DNA from: Octopus sinensis
Lineage: Eukaryota
Direction of reading: 5' to 3'
NCBI RefSeq assembly: GCF_006345805.1
Contig: NC_043002.1
Coordinates: forward strand, 109,678,001-109,742,000
DNA: 64,000 nucleotides
Below are positions 25,656-38,199 of this stretch, in pieces. A model generated the notes under the pieces. It was not told the origin of the DNA. It ran no database searches and worked only from the letters and a program-made list of their open reading frames with translations. The position numbers and the translations under genes were made by a program. The stretch's first letter is position 1; each line of letters opens with the position of its first letter.

Positions 25656-26243
25656 TGGGACAAATGAAGGGGTTTTACAACAAATTGGTGATATGCTGTG
25701 CTCGAGAAGACCTGTTGAGCTAAGTGAAACTGTAGTTGTGGTTGATGATGGTGTCATGTAAAAAGCACCTTTTGAGCACCGGGTCTCACAGAGACAAGGT
25801 GACCGAGCTCTTTTCGAGTGGTGAGCCTCAGGGAAGCAAAGTAGCTGGGCTCCTTTTGAGTGTTGAGCGTCACAGAGGCAATGACTGTGACCTTGGCGTT
25901 ATGCCATGCTTGAGAAGAAGACCCATCAAGCCAAGTAAAATTGCAGTCGTGACAGATACTGGGGTCACACAAATGTGTCACACCTGTGCCGGTGGCATGT
26001 AAAAGCACCCATTACACTCTTGGAGTAGTTAGCATTAGGAAGGACATCCAGCTGTAGAAACCATGCCAAATCAGTCTGGAGTTTGGTGCAGCCTTCCAGC
26101 TTGCCAGCCCTGGTCAAACTGTCCAACCCATGCCAGCATGGACAATGGACATTAAATGATGATGGTGATGGTGATGATGATGGGTGAAAGACAACTCCTG
26201 AATATTATGAAAAAATAAAAGCTCATCTATTATGGCCATTATC

Positions 26244-26640
26244 TGGAGAAGCGGAGGCGCAATGGCCCAGTGGTTAGGGCAGCGGATTTGCGGTCGTAGG
26301 ATCGCGGTTTCGATTCCCATACCGGGCGTTGTGAGTGTTTATTGAGCAAAAAAGACCTAAAGCTCCACAAGGCTCTGGCAGGGATGGTGGTGATCCCTGC
26401 TGTACTCTTTCACCACAACTTTCTCTCACACTTACTTCCTGTTTCTGTTGTACCTGTATTTCAAAGAGTCGGCCTTGTCACTCTCTGTGTCACGTTGAAT
26501 ATCCCCGAGAACTACGTTAAGGGTACACGTGTCTGTGGAGTGCTCAGCCACTTACATGTTAATTACATGAGCAGGCTGTTCCGTTGATTCGGATCAACCG
26601 GAACCCTCGACGGAGTGACTGACGGAGTGCTTCCATCCAT
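26244..26640 (+). mobile_element. tRNA(Arg)-like SINE (GGAGGCGCAATGG family)
   Basis: A box TGGCCCAGTGG, B-box-like GGTTTCGATTCCC; flanked by the duplicated TGGAGAAGC target. Confidence 0.85.
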
Positions 26641-26909
26641 TTGGAGAAGCAGCAGCCTGGAAAGCATTACAGAAGGAAGTCGAGGGTGGTTGACCAAGAG
26701 GCAGACAAAGAATACAATGAATAGACAAAGTCGAGGGCTGGTTGGACAAGAGCGGCCAGGGGAACTGGAGAACTTGTGCTTCATTAGGAAGACTTTGAAG
26801 TCAATAAAATAAAGACCAGTCGAGCGCTGGGGTTAATATAATGGACTAGTCCTCACTCGAACACCCCAAAATTGCTGTCCTTGTGCCAAAATTTGAAACC
26901 TATTTCTTT

Positions 26910-27130
26910 ATTACCCACAAGGGGCTAAACATAGAGGGGACAAACATGGACAGACATAGGTATTAAGTCGATTATATCGACCCCAGTGCTTAACTGGTAC
27001 TTAATTTATTGACCTCGAAAGGATAGAAGGCAAAGTTGACCTCGGCGGAATTTGAACTTACAACGTAACGGCAGCCGAAATACCGCTAAGCATTTCACCC
27101 GATGTGCTAACGATTCTGCCAGCTTGCCGC
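26910..27130 (-). mobile_element. SINE family A
   Basis: Full-length reverse copy; another diverged copy at ~27560-27770. Confidence 0.8.
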
Positions 27131-28949
27131 CTTTGAAACCATGTTGCTGAAAGTGGAGGGGTGTGTCTAAAATCCCCATGCATGTAATATAGTAAGTAAG
27201 GGTCAAGAAAGGGTAAATGATGAGGGTTTGGATGAGGTCTGTTATTTTGAAGTAGCCTGGTAACAGATTGGATAAAAGGTGTCTTGGGGAAATTTTGAAT
27301 CTAGGTTCTCATTCCTAAGGTATTTTTTGATGTTATTATTATTATTATTATTCAGATCACTGCCTGGAATCGAACTCGGAGTCTTGGGGTTAGTAGCCTG
27401 CGCTCTTAACCATTATGCCATATGTACATAATTCCTCATCACTTAAATATAGAACTGTAATAAGTACAGGTGTAACATAAGGCTTGGGAGAGGAAAGAGA
27501 AAGAAGGAAATGAGTAAAAAAAAGGGGGTTGGTGGATAAGGGAATGTGAGAGAAATAATCTTTTCTGCTCTAGGCACAAGGCCCGAAATTTTCGGGGAGG
27601 GGGCCAGTTGATTAGATTGACCTCAGTATGCAACAGGTACTTAATTTGTTGACCCTGAAAGGATGAAAGGCAAAGTCAACTTCGGCGGAATTTGAACTCA
27701 GAACGTAGCGGCAAATGAAATACCGCTAAGCATTTCGCCCAGCGTGCTAACGTTGCTGCCAGCTCGATGCCTTAATGCAAGAGAAATAATAAAAGAAAAG
27801 ATTGGGCCAGCTTTTGTTGTCGTTGTTTAACCCTAGGCCAATCTCGATCAAGTAGATTGATGATGATCATATCATCAGTGAATCCAGGATTGTGTTCTCC
27901 AATGTATCTTTTCTTTTCCTAAATTAGTATATAATCTGAGGGAGGTTTAGTTGCTATTTCTTGCAGGTCCAGTTACCACGTAGAGCTTCCCTCTGATATG
28001 GAGTCATGTGGTGACGGGATTGGTGTAGACGGGGTGAGGATGGTATTGCAATGGCTCGCGCGCGTGGAGTGGTGGAATGGTGGTGAGGTGGAGAAGGAGG
28101 TGACATCTGTGTCGTAGTGGTGGGGTGGGGGAAGAATATTGTTGAAGTCTTATTTTTAAGATTTCCTCTCTACCCCCTTCTCTATCTACATATTTATGCA
28201 TCTCCATTACTCTAACGACCCCTCCATCCCAATCATTTACATACTCCGCTCCTCGAAGAGGTCGCCATCTCTCGTATATATAGCTTCCCGCTCTCCCTGA
28301 CCTTCCGTACTAATGCCCCCCTCCCTCCGCGCCCCTCCACACCCATTATAACCTCCCCCTTCTCCGGATTATTACTTCACACACCTCCCCCTACTACTCC
28401 CTATATCAACTATAGCCCCTCCCCTCTCCTATAACAATGACACAACAGGAAGTAATTACATCTCCGATGGCAGACATTTTGGCACGACATGCCGTGTGTG
28501 CGTGCGTGCGTATACGTGAGACTGTCATTGACTCTTTCTCTCTCTCTCTCTCTCTCTCTGTGTACATTCCTTTTTATAAAGATACCCCAAAGGTGCGCCA
28601 AGACCCAGATATACGTACTGGACACCCCCCACTATTCAATTTCAGAGAATCTGTTTACAGTTGTACACACATACACACGCACGTGCGTATATACATACAT
28701 ACATACATACATACATACATACATACATACATACATACATACACACACATACATATATACGTTTGTGTATATATTATATGTACAAACAGCGTGTATATAA
28801 ACATGGGTAAATATGTAATATATGAATGTATGTTATTTAATAATAAAATATATATACTTTGTAAATTGTATATACACACACACTTTCACACACGTGTGTG
28901 AAACAAGCGTAATGAAAAGCAGCTCAATTTGAGATAAAACCTCGTTTAT

Positions 28950-28985
<36 letters not shown>

Positions 28986-29829
28986 CACACACAGAAATAC
29001 ATAAACACACACACGCGTACGTGTTGCCAGGGAACATGTACAATATACATGATACGTAAGTTGCCATAGAAACTACATTCTGGATGATTTCTAGGACAGG
29101 AAAAATTCTAACACAACTTTCTTATTAATGAACCTATCTCACCATCCTCCCCACAACCACCCACGCAACCACCACCACCACCACCACCACCCACGCAACC
29201 ACCACCACCACCCACGCAACCACCACCACCACCCACGCAACCACCACCACCACCACCACCACCCACGCAAACACCAATCTCATTCAACATAGGCGCTGGA
29301 CCTGTTAGAAATAGCAGCCAAATCTACCGCAATCAATAATCCCGCCACCGTCTCAGAAATGAGATAATGTTTGCGTTGGTTTCTTTTTGCCGACGAGAAA
29401 AAGACGTGACGGCCATATTTGGGAAGCCTTTCATCAAAGGTCTGCTCGGTAAGAACTGACCTGGGTTAACCGTTAACAACCCTCTACCCCTTCAGTAACT
29501 ACGACCAAATCACCAAAACTTCCATACAACACCGTCCCGACACAATCACCACATTATTCACAAATCCATCAGAGAAAACACACGATAACGTTAACAAAGC
29601 AAAATCTCCTACATGTAACCTGTAGCACCACAATTACTCTGCCACATGTTTACATGTAGCATTCTTATTACCAGCGACATCAGCTAAGCCTTCTCCATTT
29701 CCAAAATACATTCCACAACCAGACTGAAATGGAAACCGCCCTTGCTTTTATGATATAAACTTCCTGTCTTAAAGAGACCTAAATTAAAATCTTCCCTCAA
29801 AATTCCATGTTCATTAATGTTCTAAAGAC

Positions 29830-30654
29830 CAGCTGAAGGATCATTTCCTTTTGAACGGCACTTTGTAACATAATTTCTAGGTAACTAAAAAGTTTTAAAC
29901 TTCGTATACTGGTAGAATGTGTTTATAAAACATCATTTTCTCTTGGCTTTATTGAGAAAATTCTATAGTTTGTAAGATATTTCGTCTGAAAATTCGAACA
30001 TTTCGGCAATTTTAACCAATCGATTACCCCCATTGACGTAAATAACATTCTGTGCATAATGAATATGTCCCTCGTTTAAGAAACAGATTAGGTTTATTTA
30101 TATTTGTGAAGAAAAAAAGATACCCTTCCCCCACCCCTAACCCTAAATCTAAAATAGATTGAAATGCAATAGATCGATACTAGGGTTATAATTATGAGTG
30201 ACAATTTCATACGACACCGCTACGGAAAATGGGATTTTTTTCTAGCGGTGTCAAATGAAAATGTCACCCATAATTATGGCCCTAGTATCGATCTATTGCA
30301 TTTCAATCTATTTTAGATTTAGGGTTAGAGTTAGTTAAGGTTAGGGTTAGGGGTTGGGGAAGGGTATCTTTTTTCTTCACAAATGTAAATAAACCCAATC
30401 TGTTTCTTAAACGAGGGACATATTCATTATGCACACAATGTTGTTTACGTCAATGGAGGTAATCGATTGGTTAAAATTGCCGAAATGCTGGAAATTTTAG
30501 ACGAAATATCTTACAAACTATAGAATTTTCTCAATAAAGCTAAGAGAAAATGATGTTTTATAAACACATTCTACCAGTATACGAAGTTTAAAACTTTTTA
30601 GTTACCTAGAAATTATGATACAAAGTGCCGTTCAAAAGGAAAAGATCCCAGCTG
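29830..30654. mobile_element. ~825-bp foldback palindrome (MITE-like) with internal TTAGGG-like repeats
   Basis: Left arm CAGCTG..GGATC.TTTCCTTTTGAACGGCACTTTG... is the reverse complement of the right arm ...CAAAGTGCCGTTCAAAAGGAAAAGATCCCAGCTG. The arms meet at GACACCGCTA (30213-22) / TAGCGGTGTC (30242-51). Confidence 0.85.
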
Positions 30655-32159
30655 AATACTAACATGGCGAACCTTCGATATTGGTCTACAAAATGTCGGT
30701 ATGTAGACGTCATTCAATCTCTTTCCCGCCTTAGCTTCTTTATGTTATGCGAAGGATTAGCCAGTATTTTACTGAATTCTTTATTTTCTTCAAAATTAAT
30801 CGAAACAAAGCAATGTATTTCGACAGAAATAGGGTAACGAACCACTTCATAATACTGGTTGGCAACGTACATCTGAGGCCGTCCAGCTTATGATGTTTAG
30901 AAGGATAAGCGTTCTTGAACCCGCAATTCTCGAATATAGGGATTCATCCCGTGTTACCGACCTATTCTCAATCAATGCCCACCCTTCTAATACCCTTACA
31001 TACAGTCTCATACCACTGACTTCTCCTCCAACGTATTGATACACCCACCACGAACATAAATGTGGTCGGCTTTTTCCGTTGTTGGTCGACGGTATTGCGG
31101 AGACAGTAACAGAATTAATTCTACTGTACCCGGGCTGTTTCTAGAAGCCAGTGCCTAACTCCACGTACACTTGCTATCTCTCTACTCATGGGTAAACCAC
31201 AAAGGAAAGACAAGTCAATACGTCCACAGTATCCATGGAACTGCATGGGAATTGGTTAAATATAACCGTCCATGCCTGCCTAAGGCTACCTCTGTCCGGA
31301 TTATATTCTCTTAAGCTTTTTTTAAACGCTCAATAAATTACCTCACCACCACCGCCGCATTAAAAGTTAATGAGGAAGAAGCCTCCACGCGGTCGCTAGA
31401 AATAACAATCAAATCTCTGTAAAATTTATATCCAGTCATCTTAAAGAATAACGTTGTCCTAGTTCCACGGGTTTGATCATAGGTCTACGGGATCATAGCC
31501 AACCAGGAGCTGATAACATCAAACAAAACCGCAACAATACCACAAACCACCACAGCACATACACACACACACAACAGTAATAATAACCCAATTATCGAAC
31601 CCGTTCCCGCCGTGACCATCCTATTTTGTTTTTAGTGCCACAACAATAATAATCACAACTGCACGCACACTACCATAACAACCGTTATAGCAACAATAAC
31701 CAAAGCACAACGTACACACACACATACACACCACAATAACCACATCAGCAACAGCACCACCACCATCACCATCACCATCATCATCTCTCAGAGCTTTGCG
31801 ACCGCCCCCACATTCATATCCTCCTCTGCCTTCCCTCTCCTTCCAGCCACTCTAAGAAACCGGAAATACCTTCCGACTGATATTGTGACATAACACGGCT
31901 ATGATTGCTGTTTAAACATACAGCGCGCCCCCCTCTTTCTCTCTGCCTCCCGCCGTTCTCTTTCTAGAGGAGTCAGGAATTTGGTCGGTGAAGGCGGGGT
32001 GGGTGGTGGATGCAGGGCAGGGGGAAAAGGAGCGGGGGGTAGTAAACGCGAGGGAAGAGGACGGTGTTGGCTGTCAAACAATAACAGTTTAAATTAAGAA
32101 GAGTGTGTATGTGTGTGTTTATTAATACACGTCCACACAACTTATCAATCCCATTCATA

Positions 32160-32301
32160 TATATATCTATCTATCTATCTATCTATATATCTATCTGTCT
32201 ATCTATCTATCTATCTGTCTGTCTATCTATCTGTCTATCTATCTGTCTATCTATCTGTCTATCTATCTGTCTATCTGTCTATCTATCTATCTATCTATCT
32301 A

Positions 32302-32367
<66 letters not shown>

Positions 32368-32369
32368 CG

Positions 32370-32419
<50 letters not shown>

Positions 32420-32450
32420 AGTCTGTCTGTCTGTCTGTCTATCTATCTAT
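32160..32450. repeat. (CTAT)/(CTGT) tetranucleotide microsatellite
   Basis: Direct inspection; a similar (GATA)n lies at 25210-25290. Confidence 0.95.
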
Positions 32451-33179
32451 AGCAATTGGACCTCAGTCGATTTCGACGAAGAGTATTCACTCGCTCATTC
32501 AAACGAACTTTCTACTCACCGAAAGACTCGTCTACTAATCAACATAGTCACATAGTATCAACGACATAACCTCTTTTGAGGCCGTTCTTTTGAATTACAG
32601 AGTTTAACCACAAGGCTTGGACCAACCCGGAGCCAAAGTAATCCATAGTGCCACGCAACGGGATCGAACCTGGAATCTCAGTACTGGGAAAAAATTGCAC
32701 ACATTAAGTAAATATATATACATCAGATACATATATATGTCACTGATCAGTTTTATTTCAAGATTTCTTGCCATTAGAGAAAGAACCGGTTTCTAATCTA
32801 GATCCAAGGCTCCTTCACTGGAATTTCAACATCAACAACAGGGTATGTATGTATGTATGTATGTATGTATGTATGTATGTATGTATGCATGTGTGTGTGT
32901 GTGTGTGTGTGTATGTGCAGATTTGTATGTTTTGCTTCATGTATTGTATTCTCATGCATATAGTTGCAAATCTAGACATGCTCATATATTTTTAAATGAT
33001 AAACTTCTGGAAAGTTTTACAGATTTTTACAGTTCCACTGATGGACTGGATCTGTAGTCTTCGAATTAACTTACTCCTTCTGCTTTTGAGAAGCTTAATT
33101 TCTCAAGATTGGTATTAAGGCAGTGTGTTACATATCCCAGGACCCCAATAATGTATGTATGTACGTTTCTCTTGTGTTT

Positions 33180-33830
33180 TTAAACATTTAAACTCATCCT
33201 CTAAAGAAGAAGCTGCTTTCTAACTGAGTCAAAGCTCCATCTTTGGAATGTAGATAACGAAAACAACGTCACATTTTAAACCCGAGAAAAGTCTCTTCCG
33301 CTTCCAGATTGACCGAATCATTTGGGTGATTTCTTTTTCTGAAAATCCAAGCTTATCCAGACTGTGTCTGTCTGTATGTCCGGGCTGGTGTCCGACGTGC
33401 TTGAAGACCGCTGGGAGGGAGGCATTCCTTAGCATTTTTTAGAATATGTCTCTAGGAGAAAACCGGATATGCAAGGAATGGCATTGAAATATTTTGGCGA
33501 TCGTTGCTTGCGCTTGAGATCATGGCGTTCCCACATTCCTGAGCCTGCAACCCATATTGACACTTGATACATTGCCTTGGCTTGTCTGTCGATAGAGGAT
33601 CTGCGAGGTGTTGTTGCAAGCCAAATTGGACCTAAAATTTTAGGTTGCGTAATCACCAACTATTATCCGACGACCAGTCGAGTAGAAGTCGGCTTGTAAG
33701 GAAGCTGCGTGTGCGAACCCGGGTGAAACCGACTGCAGGTGCAATAACCCAATGCACAGGCATTGAAAGCATTTTGCATGGACAGTGGTCAATGACAGTC
33801 TTTTTCGGCCATGAGTGGACAACCATCATG
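33180..33830 (-). pseudogene. Possible decayed retroelement ORF1/gag (zinc-knuckle remnant)
   Basis: One minus frame reads KPRQCIKCQYGLQAQEC (cf. PRQC.KCQ.FGH.A..C), then PKYFNAIP in another frame; stops and frameshifts present. Confidence 0.3.
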
Positions 33831-33835
33831 TATGT

Positions 33836-34212
33836 ATGTATAGATCGCTAGTCAAAGAGCGTAGGCTCGAAATGTAAAAGACTTTCTCACTTCACGAGCG
33901 TTAAACTAATACATCTGTTTGCTGTTTACACACCCGTCTTCGTCTTTTGTTTTTCTGTAAATTCTCACTATATATATGTATGTACTTCTTCCTAGATCTC
34001 CTGTGTGACCCGTCTGTCCGGCATTCGCCATGATAGATCGCTAGCCACAAAACCTTTTTCTATTTTCTCTCCCTGTTTATTTCCGCGTTCCTTTCTGTCG
34101 AAGAGCGTAGGCTCGAAACGTAAAAGACTTTCCCACTTCCCGAGCGTTAAACTAATACACCTGTTTGTTGTTTACACACCCATCTTTGTCTTCTTTTGTA
34201 AATTCTCACTAT
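33836..34212 (+). mobile_element. Tandem pair of Penelope-like terminal elements with hammerhead-like motif
   Basis: Copy 1 (33836-33971) is internally deleted but keeps GAGCGTAGGCTCGAAA. Copy 2 (34029-34212) has the full motif CTTT-CTGTCGA-A-GAGC-GTAG-GCTC-GAAA-CG-TA-AAAG at 34091-34126. Both end ...AATTCTCACTAT followed by TA-rich microsatellite. Confidence 0.6.
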
Positions 34213-34799
34213 GTATGTATGTATGTAGGTAGGTATGTATGTATGTATGTATGTATGTATGTATGTAGGTAGGTATGTATGTGTGTGGTGTGTGAGTGTG
34301 TATGTATGCATGTATTTGTGCAAGTGTATTCTTTTCCATTTTTTTTTTAATTTGTTGAAGTAAAGAAGGAGCTGGTTTCTAAAAAATATACAAAGTTCAT
34401 CGCTGGAACGTAGAAAAAAGCAGCGTCACAATTTGAACTTGCGAAAAAGCTTGCGTATATTTATTGTTCCGCTTACATATTGTATTTACAATATGCGTAT
34501 GAACTGGTTGATTTAATTTTCAGGAGAAAAGGAAAAAAAAAAAGCCTTTCCAACCAAGTGCACCAATTATTATTGGTATAAACGTGAATTTATAATCTGG
34601 GAGTATGTAGCATAAGAAGGTTCTGGTTATTATTAAACCCAGGCCATATACGTACGTGTATATTTTACACATTTATATTTATGTATTCAAGAGTTTCTCA
34701 ACGGGTGGGGAGCGGGAGCGGGGGTACTTCAGAGTGAGGCGTAAGCAATATGCAATAAAACTCGCAATAAAGTTTATTAAAACTTCTTTTGAATGAACG

Positions 34800-34935
<136 letters not shown>

Positions 34936-35087
34936 ACTATCCGTTTGTGGTGCAGCGCATGTTTTCTTTTTCTTTTTTGAAAATCGAAGTGAGGCGTGGG
35001 ACAAAAGACCGAGAAACACACACACACCACACACACACACACATTAGGTTAGCAGATAAATTCGTTTCTTTCCAACGTTATTTGAAC

Positions 35088-35118
<31 letters not shown>

Positions 35119-35576
35119 TTAGGTTAGCAGATAAATTCGTTTCTTTCCAACGTTATTTGAACTAACACACACACACACAAAAAAAAAATCATTTTATTGT
35201 GTTTTAATGGTTCTTTTTTGTGGCTCTGTTCTTCCTCTACAACTTTTGTTACCTTTTTCAAACCGTATTTTAATAATGACGATAAGTCCAAGGTTACAAA
35301 AACAAAAAAAAAAGACCATTTTCACCACCTGTTTCTCTTCGTTTTCAACCAAGATTCCAAAAAACTGGCAAAGCTGTTCGAGATATGTGTGCTTTGAACA
35401 GAGAAGGGGCTGTTACTGAAAGAATTACACAGATATGCTTTTCACACTTCAAAGAGGGGAAACTCGACCCCACAGACTCTTCACGTTCCGACCACAGATG
35501 GATTAAACGCATCCACGAAAATCTGCATCAATCCACTTAGGAACTGGCCCAGCGGAGAGGATGCTCTTATGATACC

Positions 35577-36048
35577 TATTTCTTTACTACCCACAAGGAG
35601 CTAAACACAGAGGGGGACAAACAAGGACAGACACATGGATTAAGTCGATTACATCGACCCCAGTGCGTAATTGGTACTTAATTTATCGACCCCGAAAGGA
35701 TGAAAGGCAAAGTCGACCTCGGCGGAATTTGAACTCAGAACGTAGCGGCAGACGAAATACGGCTACTCGTTTCGCCCAGCGTGCTAGCGTTTCTGCCAGC
35801 TCGCCGCCTTATGACACCTATTTCTTTACTACCCACAAGGGGCTAAACACAGAGGGGACAAACAAGGACAGACAAAGGGATTAAGTCGATTACATCGACC
35901 CCAGTGCGTAACTGGTACTTAATTTATCGGCCCCGAAAGGATGAAAGGCAATGTCGACCTCGGCGGAATTTGAACTCAGAACGTAGCGGCAGACGAAATA
36001 TGGCTACTCGTTTCGCCCGGCATGCTAGCGTTTCTGCCAGCTCGCCGC
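35577..36048 (-). mobile_element. SINE family A head-to-tail dimer inserted in the mariner
   Basis: Two ~241-bp units; target duplication CTTATGA(T/C)ACC present at 35566, 35808 and 36049. Confidence 0.85.
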
Positions 36049-36562
36049 CTTATGATACCGTCAGCCCTTCACTCAACGAGTAAGGTCCAAAAACTCGGTG
36101 CATGGGTGCCACATGCTCTGAACGGAAGGCACAAACTCCAGCACTCCATTATCACCGGCAGTCTGCTCGCTCGACACCAGGCTACTCGTGGACACAAACA
36201 GAGGTTTCTTCATGGCATCGTTACCGGCGAAAATGGTGTTTTTACGTTAATATGAAGCAGAAGGAAGAATGGTTAAGTCCAGACAAATAAGCAATGCCTC
36301 GAGCCAAGCCAGAGCTGCATCCATGCAAGACAATGATCTACGTTTGGTGGTACTGAGAAAGGATAATCCACTATGAAATGCAGAGCTTTATGTTCATCAA
36401 ATGCACCGGCTCAATGAGGTAATCCAACAGAAATGACCCATCCGGCAACATGGCGTGCTTTTTCAACACGACAACGCTCGTCCTCATGTCGCTAATTTGA
36501 CCAAAAATGCTATTGAAGAATTCGGTTGGGAAGGTCTATCGCACCCACCGTATTCTCCTGAT

Positions 36563-36947
36563 GTGGAGGCGCAATGGCCCAGTGGTTAGGGCAGCGGACT
36601 CGCGGTCATAGGATCGCGGTTTCGATTCCCAGACCGGGCGTTGTGAGTGTTCATTGAGCGAAAACACCTAAAAGCTCCACGAGACTCCGGCAGGGGATGG
36701 TGGTGATCCCTGCTGTACTCTTTCGCCACAACTTTCTCTCACTCTTACTTCCTGTTTCTGTTGTACCTGTATTTCAAAGGGCCGGCCTTGTCACTCTCTG
36801 TGTCACGCTGAATATCCCCGAGAACTACGTTAAGGGTGCACGTGTCTGTGGAGTGCTCAGCCACTTACACATTAATTTCACGAGCAGGCTGTTCCGTTGA
36901 TTCGGATCAACCGGAACCCTCGTCGTCGTAACCGACGGAATGCTTCC
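36563..36947 (+). mobile_element. tRNA(Arg)-like SINE inserted in the mariner YSPD motif
   Basis: Full GTGGAGGCGCAATGG...GCTTCC element; TSD ATTCTCCTGAT at 36552-36562 and 36948-36958. Confidence 0.9.
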
Positions 36948-37214
36948 ATTCTCCTGATATAAAGCCTTCAGACTTATCATCATATTTTGGCCGCTCTCCA
37001 ACCGTCTGCGAGGAGTTTCATTCAATAACGGCGGGGAGCTGAGAACGAAGCTGGATGTATTCTTCGAGTCAAGACCTGGTGATTTCTACCGTCATTGACC
37101 AAGGAGTGGAAAACTGGCAAGAAATCGTGAACAATAAAGGAGAGTATATTATTAACTATTTGTTAAAATTGTTGATGAAATCCAATATCTTTACATTAGG
37201 GCTTATATGTGATA

Positions 37215-37860
37215 GTGGAGGCGCAATGGCCCAGTAGTTAGGGCAGCGGACTCGCGGTTTCGATTCCCAGACCGGGCGTTGTGAGTGTTCATTGAGCGAA
37301 AACACCTAAAGCTCCACGAGGCTCCGGCAGGGGATGGTGGTGATCCCTGCTGTACTCTTTCACCACAACTTTCTCTCACTCTTACTTCCTGTTTCTGTTG
37401 TACCTGTATTTCAAAGGGCTGGCCTTGTCACTTTCTGTTTCACGCTGAATATCCCCGAGAACTACGTTAAGGGTACACGTGTCTGTGGAGTGCCCAGCCA
37501 CTTACACGTTAATTTCACGAGCAGGCTGTTCCGTTGATTCGGATCAACCGGAACCCTCGTCGTCGTAACCGACGGAGTGCTTCCATTCTCCTGATATAAA
37601 GCCTTCAGACTTATCACCATATTTTGGCCGCTCTCCAACCGTCTGCGAGGAGTTTCATTCAATAACGGCGGGGAGCTGAGAACGAAGCTGGATGTATTCT
37701 TCGAGTCCAGACCTGGTGATTTCTACCGTCATTGACCAAGGAGTGGAAAACTGGCAAGAAATCGTGAACAATAAAGGAGAGTATATTATTAACTATTTGT
37801 TAAAATTGTTGATGAAATCCAATAACTTTACATTAGGGCTTATATGCGATAGCTGTGGAG
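37215..37860 (+). repeat. Tandem duplicate of SINE + mariner 3' end
   Basis: The ORF track shows an identical 637-bp offset (36697/37334, 36825/37462, 37055/37692); the copies differ by scattered substitutions. Confidence 0.9.
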
Positions 37861-38199
37861 GTGCCATGAACGTCAGTGTTTGATATTTTGTTCTATCGAC
37901 TTCCACGGAATTCGAACTCAGAAGGAAACCAAATGAAGCAAAACACTTTGTACGACGTTCCTAAAATAGAGCCAAACGAAGAGGCCTCAATATGATAAGG
38001 ACTAGATTTACTAAAAATAGCAACTTAATCTCCCTCAAATCACTCAATACTTCATTTAAAAAGAAATATGATGAATATAGTGTGAGAAACTGTCTGTAAA
38101 GATGGGACGGTCACGGGTGAAGCGTCTGATGATAGGACTCTTTGACAAGAGCAGACCACAACAGGCTAAAATATTGTTTTTATTTAGAAGGCTAGCAAT

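Larger units (their letters stand above)
35280..37200 (+). pseudogene. Fragmented mariner transposase
   Basis: KDHFHHLFLFVFNQ; IHENLHQST*ELAQ (HTH); KVQKLGAWVPHAL (WVPHEL motif); FLHGIVTG; LFQHDNARPH; HPPYSPD|I.PSD (YSPDL motif split by a SINE); C-terminal ENWQEIVNNKGEYII. Frameshifts and stops throughout. Confidence 0.9.

Noticed and set aside
26244-26330. tRNA gene calls at SINE heads
   Set aside because: The A/B-box heads continue into SINE bodies and lack acceptor-stem pairing.
29640-29740. Minus-strand CAG acceptor followed by SGCGMYFGNG...
   Set aside because: The frame required by the phase-1 donor hits a stop after 14 codons.
30136-30353. Interstitial telomere / chromosome fusion site
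   Set aside because: Only 2-5 imperfect TTAGGG units, placed symmetrically within a foldback element.
30660-31230. Possible GIY-YIG or other TE remnant (YQYVGGE...)
   Set aside because: Motifs are too weak to support without a profile search.
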